DNA of 64,000 nucleotides from Octopus sinensis (lineage: Eukaryota): positions 39,122,001 through 39,186,000 of the forward strand of contig NC_043004.1 in NCBI RefSeq assembly GCF_006345805.1. Reading direction: 5' to 3'. Positions 49,996 to 64,000 of the stretch are shown here, piece by piece; within the stretch, counting starts at the first letter, position 1; every line of letters begins with the position of its first letter. The position numbers and the translations under genes are program-made. Under the pieces are notes generated by a model. The model saw only the letters and a program-made list of their open reading frames with translations. It did not search any database and was not told the DNA's origin.

Positions 49996-50627
49996 TGGCA
50001 GAAACGTTAGCACGCCGGACGAAATCAGTTGATTGATTTATTATTTACCAGTTGATCAGTGTCGTTAACTTGTTCCCTCTTCTATAAATTGCTGTTTTGT
50101 TCCAAATTTGGACTGCATTATGTCAAAATCTAACTAATTTTCTCTCATGACACAAATTCACGCAAGTCACTTTCAAAAATAATACGCTTCAAACTCTACA
50201 TATATTCACAATATTTGCAGAGGAAAAAAATGCTAAGACCAATATTAAAATTAGTAATAACAGTTCGCATCTCACTCAAATACAGTCACAGGAAAACGAA
50301 TATAAATAAATAAAAGAAATTAAAAAGCCGATTTCTCATCGTTAGAAATTTAACCTTTAAAATTTTTATAAACTGCGCTTTATAAAAATATTTCATAAAC
50401 TCAATTTATTCTCAAGAAAGTGAAACCCATCACATGAGAGTGTTAATGTTTAAAGAACTTGTGAGAATTGGAGTAAACAAATATGTTTTTTATATCATCA
50501 TGTATACGGTGGTTGTATAATACTTATGATACCAACTGTATATGTTGCTGACACTCGTTTTTTTTTTAACATTAAAACTTATATACATGCGTACATACAT
50601 ATATAACTACATACACACACCTATGTG

Positions 50628-50669
<42 letters not shown>

Positions 50670-50672
50670 GTG

Positions 50673-50707
<35 letters not shown>

Positions 50708-50923
50708 TACATAGTTAAATTATATTCGGGTATTAACCTTGTAGGTCTTTTCTACCTGTCCACAAGTCTTGTCTACCTGATGTCATCAACAGTAGATCTA
50801 GCGAGGTACAATTTATTGAACATCATGTCGCCTATGAGCTACAGGTGCAGAATGAGCCGAATCAATGTAGTGGATTTGAATATAGAATCCTGCGAATGCC
50901 GCTTTTTGTCCCTCCCTCTCTCT

Positions 50924-50971
<48 letters not shown>

Positions 50972-51475
50972 TATATATATATATATATGATGTAGCGTGA
51001 AACGATCGTACCAAATTACCGAAGATATTCTTGTTGCTTATTTTAATTATAATCACCCCATGGATTATACAAAATTCTGGTGCATCTAACTTAAGTATCT
51101 TATTCCTTTGAATCTAAATGTTGCTGAACTTATATATATATATATATATATCTACTGGTACGAATTCGCATACATACATAAATACACATGTACGTAATGA
51201 TATTATGATAGTATACTAACGTCGACGTTAATAACTACACTTTTCATCTGAAGGAGAAGAATAACACTGCTTCTGTTGAGAACATGCAATGGACTCCAAT
51301 TGCCAGTTGAGGTTATAGGCATCGATTGGCAAGACAGCGACACCAAATACTACTGTCTTTCTTTCTACGTAGAGGAGGGGAGAGTTTTGGAGTGTTAGCG
51401 ACATCAGGTAAGAATACAAATGGTTAACTGTGATGGCCAAAAAACTATGAATAATTATTATAACTTCATTCATGC

Positions 51476-51507
<32 letters not shown>

Positions 51508-51716
51508 GTTGTTCTTGCCTATGCCAGATTCAAAGTCTGGTGCCTCCCATATCGCTAGCAGAATCACTTGATATCACAGTGTCAATCAATTCACGTTACT
51601 TCAATAGATCCTAAAATATTTTTAGTTAAAAAAGCCGTTAACTTTTCTTCATTTTGACCATGAACCTCAAATCTATGTTATTTACCTACTTCATGGATCT
51701 TTGAATAGTGTATAAG

Positions 51717-51781
<65 letters not shown>

Positions 51782-51844
51782 AGAATGACAGACAGACTGA
51801 CAGACATAGATAGATAGATAGAGACAAATACATACATGTACCTA

Positions 51845-52078
51845 TTTCTTTACTACCCACAAGGGGCTAAGCACAGAAGGGACAAACAAGGACAGACAAA
51901 CGGATTAAGTCGATTACATCGACCCCAGTGTGTAACTGGTACTTAATTTATCGACCCCGAAAGGATGAAAGGCAAAGTCGACCTCGGCGGAATTTGAACT
52001 CAGAACGTAACGGCAGACGAAATACGGCTACGCATTTCGCCCGGCGTGCTAACGTTTCTGCCAGCTCGCCGCCTTAAG
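51845..52078 (-). mobile_element. Family-B SINE, single unit, with a 16-bp TSD
   Basis: tacatacatgtaccta at 51829-51844 and 52079-52094. Confidence 0.92.
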
Positions 52079-52309
52079 TACATACATGTACCTACGTATG
52101 TGTGTACACACATATTCAGCTGCATGTTTTGATAGCTAAGTAGTCAAGAGACACGAGTAGTCTTATTTCGTTACACAAATTACACTAACGAACAGAATCT
52201 ATTGTTTGTAGCTGAATTGATGTAATTTATTCAAGCAAATTCTGTGAGCTGGCAGAATCGTTAACATGCCAGACAAAAACATTTAGCTGCATTTGGTCTT
52301 TTTTTTTTT

Positions 52310-52712
52310 TTTTTTTTACTTGTTTCAGTCATTTGACTGTGGCCATGCTGGAGCACCGCCTTTAATTGAGCAACTCGACCCCGGGACTTATTCTTTTGTA
52401 AGCCCAGTACTTATTCTATCGGTCTCTTTTTGCCGAATCGCTAAGTGACAGGGACACAAACACACTAGCATCGGTTGTCAAGCAATGCTAGGGGGACAAA
52501 CACACACACAAACACATACACACACATACATACATATATATACATATATACGACAGGTTTCTTTCAGTTTCCGTCTACCAAATCCACTCACAAGGCATTG
52601 GTCGGCCCGGGGCTATAGCAGAAGACACTTAGCCAAGATGCCACGCAGTGGGACTGAACCCGGAACCATGTGGTTGGTTAGCAAGCTACTTACCACACAG
52701 CCACTCCTGCGC
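52310..52712 (-). mobile_element. Family-A SINE, full length
   Basis: tttacttgtttcagtcatttgactgtggcc...cacacagccactcctgcgcc. Confidence 0.93.
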
Positions 52713-53849
52713 CTATGTTGACGTTCTAAGGTCTGTTGACGTTCTAAGTTCAAATTCCACCGAGGTCAACGTTCTGAGTTCAAATTCCACCGAGGCTTTC
52801 CTTTCATCTTTCTGGGTCGATAAAATAAATACCAGTTGAGCACTGGGATCGATGTTATCGACCCCACCCTTTCCAAAACGTGCTGGTTGTGTTTCAAAAT
52901 CTAAAACCAATATTTGTTGAAGCAACTACAAAGAAAGCAGGTGAAAAAATTATTTTATACTTTGAACATTAATGTATATTTTTGTGTGTCAGTCATTTAT
53001 AATCCGACTTAGTGTAAATCTTATATCACCAATACGAAATAAACATTATTTCATGCTATTTTCCACATTATCTGGAACAGTGTACGTTTTATTTTAAAGC
53101 AGGTGTAATTTCACTTTTGGAAATATAATCTGTTTTCATTAACTTAGTAAATATCACTGTACCTTTACTTCAAAATATCATTTTATCTTTAATTCTGAAG
53201 TTTTTGTTTACTTTTGTTTGTTTATTAAGTCTATCATAAACTTCATTTGAAACGAACATAATCTTCTACATGTGTTATGAAATACGATATTGAAGAAACG
53301 TACTCAGTTTTATCAGCTGGAAGATAAGTATACATGCATTATATCTATGTGCATGTACCTATGGACATGGATACATGCATACATGTATACATTCTAGTTA
53401 GCTCCACAGCTGAGGAAAGGCATCCTCCCCACCTTTTTTTTTCAATATTCAACAATTCGGGTTTAATCATCTAAAACATTATATTTCAGGAATCAGTGAA
53501 TTTAAAGTGATGGAGAGTACAAAAACATATCAGGCCGTATATGTGTGAGGTTTCTTAATGATATTTGGTTGTGTTCGTTTCTCTTTTTTCCCATCAGTAA
53601 TTTTATTTTCGATCTTCTATGTAAATGATGGTATTTCATCCGTCTGGCTGCTTTTCTTTCTACAAAACGAGAAGTTACATTGCAGGACTGTTATTTTAAA
53701 GAGTTGTGTCTATTTGTCAACCGATGAGACACATCTACACCGCTAGATGCTCTTGAACCAGTTGTTAAGTGTCCCACCTGTGACGAATCGATGCTGGATG
53801 TGTCGAAACAATTGTAGTAATAAATTCTCGTATATTCCTTCTTCCTTTC

Positions 53850-54085
53850 ATTTGCCATATACATACATACATACATACACACATACATACATACATACAT
53901 ACATACGTACGTACGTACATACATACATACATACATACATACGTGCATACATACGTACATACATACATACGTACATACATACGTACATACATACACACAT
54001 AAATACGTACATACATACGTACGTACATACATACACATACATACATACATACATACATACATACATACATACATACATACATAAA
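53850..54085. repeat. (CATA)/(CGTA) microsatellite
   Basis: Direct reading. Confidence 0.95.
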
Positions 54086-54582
54086 TACATTATTATTATG
54101 GCTGGCCCCTCGTTATCGAGTATGGCCATTGCACGAAGCTTAACTGTTTCTGGTGCTGTGATCGAATGTGACTTTTTAGCCCAGCTAAAGATCTACAATG
54201 TCTTGTACAAAATTGGCAACTAAAACCTTTACTGGTAATAGCCGGCTGTAGTTGTAACTGGGCTTCATGTACCTTTGCATGTCGTTTAACTCCTCCTGCC
54301 AAATTACACTCTCTTCAAAAAAACCCGACAGATATGATTAGTATGGTGTGTTACACCACCATCAGTGGCCAGGTTGTCACTCATCCGTCTCGTTTTATGA
54401 CTACGAAGATGACTCATGAGTCCAGCTTTACTGAGGCAGAGTCTTGCACAGACATTGCATGTCAGAATCATACATACATTCATACATACATACATACATA
54501 CATACATACATACATACATACATACATTTATGTATGTATGTATGTATGTATATATACCTATATATAAACACACAAACTTTTG

Positions 54583-54701
54583 TTGTGTCTGGGGTACGTC
54601 ATTCCTTTTTAGTGCCTTATTATTTAACACACTCACCGGTAAAGTTTCCACTCATTTATTTTTCAAAAATTTTTGTTGCGTCTTGCAACCTTTTCAATAG
54701 T
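54583..54701. repeat. Single diverged arm of the 4705-4992 foldback family
   Basis: ttgtgtctgggg..tcatt..aacacactcaccggta..tttccac..gttgcgtcttgcaaccttttcaatag. Confidence 0.8.
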
Positions 54702-56514
54702 TGTTGACCATGTCGGTTCTTTTTGCTTGTTTGTGCGCATGTGTGTGGGTCAGTGTACCTTCGCATACACATATATTTATGCATGCATGTAATTATGTTT
54801 ATACGTGTGTGTGCGTATGTATATATGTATTGTTTGTATGTTTATATGTATGTATGTATATATTCTGTATATTCATGCATTTGTACGTTCATGTTTGTGT
54901 GTTTTATGTGTGTGCGTGTGTTTGCATGTGTGGTTGTGTGTTTGTACCTCTGTCTCCTTGTGTGTGCATGTCTGAGTGTGTCTGTGTGGATGTTTGTGAC
55001 TATATACTGTGTCTGTATGTGTGGATGTATGTCTCCATATATGTCTTGTGTGAAGTGAAGTATGTGTGTATATGGTTACGTACTTCAGTCTTCATTTGTG
55101 TATGTACGTGTGTGTGCTTGTCTATTCATATTACCTATGTACTAATCCGTCGGTATGTCTATCTGTTTACATTCATATACATTTACCTACATACATGTGC
55201 ACATACATATACGTTTACATCTACATATTCACACACACACACACACACATTACACACATACATCTTCATAACAGCCTACTAAGGGTAGGAATAATGTCGA
55301 ACACACCTACACAATGATGTGTTTTGTTACATTTCGAGGTTTGATTGCGCTTTATAGGCGTAAGAGAACATATTCTCATCAATACGCCTGATGTTAAAAC
55401 ACCTCGAATTCACAGACAAGCGAAATAACTCGCATCTCGTCCCATTCAAGAGCGACGGACATCGATGATTGGTCATTTTTGTCATCGATGTATGTCTCAC
55501 CTGAATGGGACCAGATGCGAGTTATCTCGTTTGTCTATATATAGGGAGAATTCACAAAAACAGCAAAAGACGAAGACAGGTGATGTAGACAACAGCAAAT
55601 GTATTGGTATAACGCGCGGGAAGTGAAAAAGGCTTTAACGTTTCGAGCCTACGCTCTTCCTCATACACACACACATACATATATATTATATATATGTATG
55701 TATATGTATGTATAAACACGACCGACTTCTTTCAGATTCTATCTACCAAATCCACTCACACGGTTTTGGTCGTCCCAAAGCTATAGTAGAAGGCACTTAC
55801 CCAAACTGCCACGCAGTGGGATTCAACTGGGAACCATGTGTTTGGAAAGCAAGCTTCTTACCACACAATCATTCCTGGGCCTATATATGAGAACATTTTG
55901 GAAGCAAACTCATAAGTGACCGTGTGTGTCGGTACTCTACAGAATATAAAGCAATACTCGAAGCGAAAAGGCTGTGGAGACAGCTTTGAAAATTGAGATC
56001 GATTCCCTGTGGAGGTTTGCTAGCCAATTCTTTCTTACTTCCATCTTCTTGAGTGTATTTACCCATTTTCTAAGCAGCCTTCCCGCGTTCAATAATTTCT
56101 TTATTTTCTGTAGAATATACGTATACATACATGCATACATATACATACATACATACATACATACATACATACATACATACATACATACATACATACATAC
56201 ATACTCACACACATGCACACATGCACACACATATATATATTAACATATGTTCGTTTAATGCTTTTAGGGAGGCGTGCATGTGTGCTAGAATTAGATTTGT
56301 GCAATATATGCATGTAAATAATACGCAACTATATATAATAATACGCCTATATTCAGTATATTTGTGATAAAATAAAATATGTTATGTCCTTTGAAGCTCA
56401 GATGTCTAAACTCAAGAAGTTTATTTCAATTTCCAAAAATAAGCTGAGTTAGGGAATTACAAATTTTCTTTTATTCACCCTGTGACTAAAAAGAACTATT
56501 ATGTTAAAAAGTGG

Positions 56515-56932
56515 GGATCTTTTCGTTTTGAACGGCAGTTTTTACCATAATTTCTAGATAATTAAAAAAATTTAAATTTCGTATACTGGTAGAATGTGTT
56601 TAGAAAACATCGTTTTCTCTTGGCTTTATTGAGAAAATTCTATAGTTAGTAAGATATTTGTTGTTTATTTTCTTCAATTTCTGCAATTTCAACCAATCAC
56701 TGACGTCCATTGAGGTAAAAAAAACATTCTGTACCATATGAATATGTCCCTCGTTTAAGAAACAGATTGGGTTTATTTACACTTGTGAAGAAAAAAATAT
56801 ACCCTTCCCCCCACTCTAACCCTAACCCTAAAACAGATTGAAATGCAATAGATCGATTCTAGAGTCATAATTATGGGTGACAATTTCATATGACACTGCT
56901 AGAAAAAACTGCCATTCAAACCGGAAAGATCC
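56515..56932 (-). mobile_element. GGATC-TIR MITE copy (CCCTAA strand)
   Basis: TIRs present; flanks share aaagtgg (7 bp). Confidence 0.88.
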
Positions 56933-57390
56933 AAAGTGGTAACTGCTGCCATGGAACCGAACTACTTGTAATATAATGTAGTAAATATAAAGAGGTTCTG
57001 TAATTAATATAGTATCCTAGCTAGAAGAAATTGAAATAAACGCTACCTTACTATAATTATTTAATGAAATCATGATAAAGCGTCGTGATATGTTCTCAGT
57101 TATAACAGTGATTTGTAAGTGGAACTCATGTGTATTCATAATATATCTCGGACGCTGAATTGCCTTATGGACAACGTATTTTATACTTTCATCCCGATTT
57201 ACCTAGCAACAGCTGTAGATAAAACAATGGGAAATGAGTTTGCCTGTGAAATTTACATGTTCTTTGAAGTCTTTTATTGAAGGATGCTGGTGTTTTGATA
57301 ACTCAGTAGAATACATACACGTAAATAAACTGTGCTATACCAACAACAGAGGTAGTATGGGAGACGGTGTTTGTTGCACAGACTCTCAAT

Positions 57391-57815
57391 GGATCTTTTC
57401 GGTTTGAACGGGTTTTTTCTCTAGCGGTGTCATATGAAATTGTCACCCATAATTATGACCCTAGTATCGATCTATTGCATTTCAGTCTATTTTAGGGTTA
57501 GGGTTAGTTAGGGTTAGGGTTGGGGGGAAGGGTATCTTTTTTCTTTACAAATGTAAATAAACCCAATCTGTTTTTTAAACGAGGAACATATTCATACGGC
57601 ACAGGATGTTTTTTACTCAATAGACGTCAGTGATTGGTTAAAATTGCAGAAATTGAAGAAACAAGACAACAAATATCTTACAAAATATAGAATTTTCTCA
57701 ATGAAGCCAAGAGAAAAAGATGTTTTATAAACACATTCTACCAGTATACAAAGTTTAAAATTGATTAGTTACCTAGAAATTATGGTAAAAACTGCCGTTC
57801 AAACCGAAAAGATCC
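57391..57815 (+). mobile_element. GGATC-TIR MITE copy
   Basis: TIRs present; perfect 8-bp TSD ctctcaat. Confidence 0.9.
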
Positions 57816-58461
57816 CTCTCAATATATAAATAGCTTTTTACCTGGCAATTCGGAAATAAACTTCATGTCATAACAGAATAGATATTAGAGAATAGATATA
57901 TCCACATTATAATGGAATAATAATATTCTCAATCTTAAGGTCATTGATTGGCAGGATTGGCAGAGCGAAATCTTAAGTACGAATTGCATTTTTGCGGTAT
58001 TCTCTATTTACTTTATCTATTGCCATTCTTGTCTTTGCCTCTGTATATTAAATCTGACTTTCAGATTGGCAATGTCGATAAAATAAGTACATATCAAGTC
58101 GATTTATTGACTCCTCGCTCAGATATTGAGAGCAATGACCCAGTATTAAAAATCATTTTATTGATATCATTTTACTCACTTCTTTCGATATTCTCATACG
58201 CATATTCTTCTTGTTTTTTCATTAACAGCGGGCATTGACCGCTGTATGTCTTCAACGTTGTTTCACTTCAAATGGTGCGATATCAAACAGTTAATATAGA
58301 TTAACTTGATCATATCTATTATATTGACAATTCACTTTGATATAGTATATTTGCCGCTATTATTTCCGAAATTGTTAACTGTAGTAGTTTATAATGGTAT
58401 ATATTTTCATGTGTAGGTTACATACATTCATAAGATTATTTCTACTTTTGACCTAATGCTA

Positions 58462-58464
<3 letters not shown>

Positions 58465-58529
<65 letters not shown>

Positions 58530-58636
58530 ATAGATAGAGGGGTAGATAGATAGATAGATAGATAAATAGATAGAGGGGTAGATAGATAGACAGATATATA
58601 AACAGATAGATAGATACATAGATATATAGATAGATT

Positions 58637-58674
<38 letters not shown>

Positions 58675-58701
58675 GGGATAGATAGACAGATATATAAACA
58701 T

Positions 58702-58760
<59 letters not shown>
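58465..58760. repeat. (AGAT)n complex microsatellite
   Basis: Direct reading. Confidence 0.95.
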
Positions 58761-59508
58761 TACGTGCAAGTGTTGTTTTCCGAGCACTATTAAGAATAGC
58801 AACTGGGCATTTATTGATGGTGGGGGGACTCAATATTGAGAGTAGAGCCGACATGATATAGAACAAGCGTCTTGGTGAAACTTGAAATGCGAGGGCAAAA
58901 ATTTATCAACTGCGGCGGTGGAACAGGTAGTTCACGTAATTTTGATATATGCGCGTCATCAGTAGCAGGACTCCACTATCACCGTATGTTTGGAAAAATG
59001 TCCCCTCTACTGACGTATTACAAAGCAGTGACTAATCAGTCACTGGTGTCAAAAATAGCTGGTAGCAATTCGTTATTAGCGATGGAAACAGTATTAATAC
59101 CAAAATGCAAATTTTATATCTTAATATCATGTTAATCCCAGAAGAAAGCCGCGATACTATGGTATTCTTTCTGAGAAGCCATTTGGTTTAAACATATTGG
59201 GCTAAAAAGAACCGAATTTATCAATAACAGACGAAAAACGTTTACCAACGACGGTATAGGTTGTATATCAAGTGCCTTTTGGCGAATACTCATCTAAGGA
59301 TGCAGTGATAATGGAAACTTGCTACCGATGACGCCTAAATGCCCTGAAATCACCTGGTCTATCAGTTCCTTCACAGATTCAGGACATTTGGACATTTTTC
59401 GTCAGATACTGACACTTCTGAGCTTTGGCACTACTCATCTATACGAGATGGTTTCTCAATAAGTATACTACAGTATGTCGGATTGCTTTTGATATATCCA
59501 TATTGAAT

Positions 59509-59554
<46 letters not shown>

Positions 59555-59576
59555 ATATAATATATATATATAATAA

Positions 59577-59812
59577 TTAGGGAGTATATCCAAACTTACA
59601 GGGAAAAATTAGATTTAGGATTAAATCAAATTTCACAGTATAAATATAAATTAAATTAGAGATAAATCCACTATTAGGCAACTCAATATATAATATATAT
59701 TTTATATATATATTATATATTATATTAATTATATTTATTTTTTGTTTTTTATGTTTTGATTTATATCTATCACTGTTTGAGTTGCCTAATAGTGGTTTTA
59801 TCTCTAATTTAA
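59577..59812. repeat. Interspersed repeat related to 2490-2640, with an internal inverted duplication
   Basis: aattagagataaatccactattaggcaactcaa / ttgagttgcctaatagtggttttatctctaatt. Confidence 0.75.
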
Positions 59813-59854
59813 TATATATATATATATATATACATCGTTTCAAATTTTTGCACA

Positions 59855-59961
59855 AGGCCAGCAATTTCGAGGGATGGGTAGCTCGATTACATTTACTCCA
59901 GTGCTTAACCCCCTCTAAGCATTTCGCCCGGCGTGCTAGCATTTCTGCCGGCTCGCCGCCT
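59855..59961 (-). mobile_element. Internally deleted family-B SINE
   Basis: gcatttcgcccggcgtgctagcatttctgccggctcgccgcc. Confidence 0.75.
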
Positions 59962-60138
59962 TTTATATATAATTCCACTGGATCATATGCATCTGCACTA
60001 TCATATGACCTCATACCTATGTCGAAGAACCCTGCCGGTTCTTATATTTTTTTTGACACTGAAGGATACATTACGGAGTAGTAGGATCTTCCCAGCATTC
60101 ATTATTGCATCAATATACTTATCATCTATTACGCTTTG

Positions 60139-60450
60139 GTGGAGGTACATGGCCTAGTGGTTAGAGCAGCGGACTCGCGGTCGAGGGATCGCGGGTTCGA
60201 ATATGAGACCGGACGATATGTGTGTTTATGGGCGAAACACCTAAGCTCCACGCGGCTCCGGCAGAAGGTAATGGCGAACTTCTGCTGACTCTTTCGCCAC
60301 AACTTTCTTTCACACTTTCCTCCTGCATCTTGCAGCTCACCTGCGATGAACTGGCGTCCCATCCAGGTGGGGAGCCTATACGCCAAGAAACCGTGAAACC
60401 AGCCCTTATGAGCCAGACATGGCTCGAGAAGGAACAAACAACAACAAACA
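60139..60450 (+). mobile_element. Family-C SINE, full length
   Basis: tggcctagtggttagagc...gggttcgaat; close match to the 25249 copy. Confidence 0.9.
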
Positions 60451-62003
60451 TTACGCTGTAGTTATTTAGCAAAATCTATTGCGTTATTATGTAGAGTTTT
60501 GCAGAGCGTGGTGTAAAAATCGATCTGATATTCAGTAACGTCATACATACTTATCGATACTCTTGAGTCCGCTAATGACATCAGCGTCATTATTACAAAG
60601 ATGTAGGTGTTTCGTATTTCTAATCTTTTTGCTAATGATATTTATAATCTCCTTGCTAATTAGACTTACGTGGGATTTAGCTACGAGGATTAGACGCAGA
60701 ATTTTTTCTATGGACATTAATGGTTATAAATGCTTGACATTTACCAAATATCTCCTGTCTGTTGTCAAGATTTATCTTTATGGCTATGCGCTTCGTTCTT
60801 TATTTATATCATTATGCATTGGCGTCTGGTTTTATATAGTTCTCGCTGATCTTATTGCTTAAATTTGTTTCTTTAGTGTCTTATCAAATTTATAAAGCTT
60901 TTAAGTTGTTTTTTCCTAAATAGGGTTTTTGGATTAATTGGCTCTTTTATATATATATATATATCTTATCTATACTAGATACGCAGGCATCGCTGTATTT
61001 GATTTTCTATTTTAAGTTTAGAATGTCGCATTCCAAAGGAGCTATTACCTAAATTTTTATAATGGTGTAGCACTAGCTGTTCACTTTGCAACTGTTTTCT
61101 AGTAAAATCTCATCAAAGAATGTTTTTATTATTTGTAAGCGTAATCTGTTATCCTGTTTAACATCGTCACCTACTTTTGGATGTCTTTAAGAGAGTCTAC
61201 TTTCTACATTTTGCAGGCAATTTAGTCTGGAACTGTGTCTGAAGATAACTACCTTTCACCAGACATGAAGGCAATGACGAAGTCTGTGGATGCTGACTTA
61301 CTTTTTGCAAATAATGTAAAACAAATTATTAGAAATGGTTCATTTCTCATTCAATGACAACTTTGCAAATGGCCGCTTATCAGTTTTTCCCTTAACTAGT
61401 GACAAAATGGCATAAATCCATACTTTGTAAAGAATTGTCTTTGAATTGGCTAATAACATCGGAAAAACTGGGAAAGGTTCCTTTGTGAATGATAAATCAT
61501 AGAAAGATCAAAAGTCTTCTCGATTGGAAATAAATGGCCTTACCTATCCACATCAAAGAAGAGAAAATCCTTTAAAATCTCAATCAGCTCTGTTTAAACC
61601 CCAGATCAGTAATGGTCATGCAATACTGCTACTTGTAAAAGCTTGTGTTATGCAAATGGGACACACTGCTTTCAACTGACGAGAACAACATATATGGACA
61701 GTCACCAGAATTTTCTTTATCTCTGATACCCTTCCATCGCACTTTTCTCTTCTGAATTTCGTCCTCCCATTCATTTACATTATTCTAATTCCTATTCTTA
61801 TCTACACCTACCATTCCTTCTCCATTTCATGGAGGGCAATCTGCATCAGATACATACATTCATTTATTTCTTATTCTTCAATTCATACCACTTTTCCGGC
61901 GATTATAATGCTGCAATCGGAGAAAACATCTCAAAACACCTAACTATGAGTTATTCTAATTTACGGAATTGAAGGTTTCAGAACTTATTTTACAGATTTC
62001 CTA

Positions 62004-62408
62004 CAGGAGTGGCTGTGTGATAAGTAGCTTGCTTACCGACCACATGGTTCCAGTTTCAGTCCCTCTGCGTGGCACCTTGGGCAAGTGTTTTCTACTATAG
62101 CCTCGGGCCGACCAAAGCCTTGTGAGTGGATTTGGTAGACGGAAACTAAAAGAAGCCCGTCGTATATATGTGTATAAATATATGTGTGCATATATGTGTA
62201 TATGTTCGTGTGTCTGTGTTTGTCCCCCCAACATCGCTTGACAATCGATGCTGGTATGTTTACGTCCCCGTAACTTAGCAGTTCGGTGGAAGAGACCGAT
62301 AGAATAAGTACTAGGCTTCCAAAGAATAAGTCCTGGGGTCGATTTACTCGACTAAAGGCGGTGCTCCAGCATGGCCGCATTCAAATGACTGAAACAAGTA
62401 TGAAAAAG
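62004..62408 (+). mobile_element. Family-A SINE, full length
   Basis: caggagtggctgtgtgataagtagcttgcttacc...gactgaaacaagta. Confidence 0.93.
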
Positions 62409-63023
62409 ATGTAAAGATATACAAAACTTCAAAAGCGAGACAGCAGAGCCCATAGTAGACTCTGTGGTACATTAAGAAGTATTGCTTTACAAATACAAAT
62501 ACCTCGCTCACCATTATTAACCAAGCATGATAAGATTGCACACATTACTTACGTCATTTTCATCTGGAGGAAAGAGCACTACTCCTGCTGTTTGAAAACC
62601 ACGAGAGGTCAGTGAGATGGACTTCAGGAAAAATCTTGAAACAAAAGATATTTCTCGCAGTAGGATATCTATTGAAGGAGGATTGTTGTTGTGGGTAATT
62701 GGGTAATGCTGAATGCGGAAAGCGAGTATTGTATGGGAAATGAGAAGGAGTTTGGTAACGCGATACCAATCAGCAGAAAACAGGACAGGCTATTTCAGAA
62801 GCTTAGAGTGCAAACACAGTGTATAGAACATACTTAACTATCTTTTGTGGATGACATGAGATCAATTAGAAGTGTTGACATCTTTTACGTACGATCTTGG
62901 ATTGTTGTAGGTTTATCTTTGAATATATGCGTGTGAGAGAGGGAGGGAGAGAGAGACAGAGAAAATGTCTTTCTACTAAAGAAAAATCCTTAGTGACTTC
63001 AATTAATATGAGCACTTCAAACA

Positions 63024-63464
63024 GCCTTAGATTAAAATACCGGTGTATTTTGATACTATATTTATAATGTCTAAAAACTCAGTGGGCGTGGTTGCGTGAT
63101 AGGAACCTTGCTTTTCTACAACAAGGTTCAGGGTTCAGTCTCACAGCGAAGCACCTTGAGTAATTGTCTTCTACTATAGCTTCAGGCCAACCAAAGTCTC
63201 GCGAATGGGTTTCGTAGAGAGAAACTGAAAGAAGCCTATCGTGTGTGTGCCTGTGTCTGTGTGTTTGTCTCCCACCACTACTTCACAACCGATGCTAGTT
63301 TGCTTTCGTCGCCATAACTTAGTGGTTCGGCAAAAGAGATCGATAGAATAAGTACCAAGCTTTAAAAAACAGGTACTGAAGTTGATACATTAGACTAAAA
63401 ATTCTGCGTGGTGGAGTCTCAGCATAGCCGCAGCCTCAAGCCTGAAACAAGTAAAGGATAAAAG
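63024..63464 (+). mobile_element. Diverged family-A SINE
   Basis: gggcgtggttgcgtgatagg..gggttcagtc...ttcggcaaaagagatcgatagaataagtacc...ctgaaacaagtaaa. Confidence 0.8.
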
Positions 63465-64000
63465 AAACAAATATTTTATATAACGATTGTTACATCGCAA
63501 CATGCACTTTCTGCATCGCTCAGAGCATTCCAATAGTTCATCACTGACGAAATTAAATCAGGTCGAAACAGCGTAACTGGCGGTCCACGCACTCCTTATT
63601 TTCATTTTCATTTTTCTTTTTTTTTTTTGCATAAAACTTTATTCGAAAGGACTTTCTGAGACTAAATATTATGGGCCGGGACATTCCACGTTCGAATACA
63701 TATTGGAAATGCTATACACAAAAGAATTTTTATCTAAAGCTATTTTAAGGGCATAAATTATATTATTCTGGCCTGGTTAGCATTTACATAATTCAATAAA
63801 TATCTCCGGGTTAGCTCAGAACGTCCAGGGCATTCGTCTTTGAAAAGACCAAATAACATTTCTAAAAAACGTGACTGCGACTCACTTGGCATTCTGAACG
63901 AGTAGATATGTATGTGTATATATATGTGTGTATGTGTGGTGTGTGTGTCTGTGAGTGTATGTATATATATATATATATATATATACGTATATAAATATAT

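Noticed and set aside
61200-61720. Coding-like composition after a ttttgcag acceptor-like site
   Set aside because: All three frames close quickly; family not recognisable.
62560-62769. 69-aa minus-strand ORF, possible LINE C-terminal relic
   Set aside because: Motif match too weak.
63544-63580. CTGACGA...GAAAC..GTA hammerhead-like core
   Set aside because: Neither stem II nor an adjacent stem I can pair; at most a decayed relic.

Overview
AT-rich, repeat-saturated eukaryotic DNA. I recognise no host protein-coding gene. The tRNA-derived SINE families and microsatellite load match my recollection of octopus (cephalopod) genomes; that species call is an inference. Nearly all ORF-track entries are translated microsatellites or SINEs. 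Supported content: the intact-looking 3' end of a CR1-type LINE (1-717); decayed RTE and other LINE RT remnants; mariner and rosa-type (DD41D-spaced) transposase relics; three ~420-bp MITEs with GGATC termini and internal TTAGGG; many SINEs; and a decayed Penelope-like element (RT + GIY-YIG) with inverted and tandem duplications. Two things stand out. (1) A 2.0-kb ORF1-only (HAL1-like) Tx1/L1-type retroelement sits in the tRNA head of a SINE with a clean 13-bp TSD. (2) Several unrelated inverted-repeat or tandem elements next to (TA)n tracts carry type I hammerhead ribozyme motifs, outward-facing in the inverted repeats. Two of these families share a compensatory U3-A8 core (TTGAAAA) instead of C3-G8 (CTGANGA). 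All structures were found by eye; nothing was searched or folded computationally.
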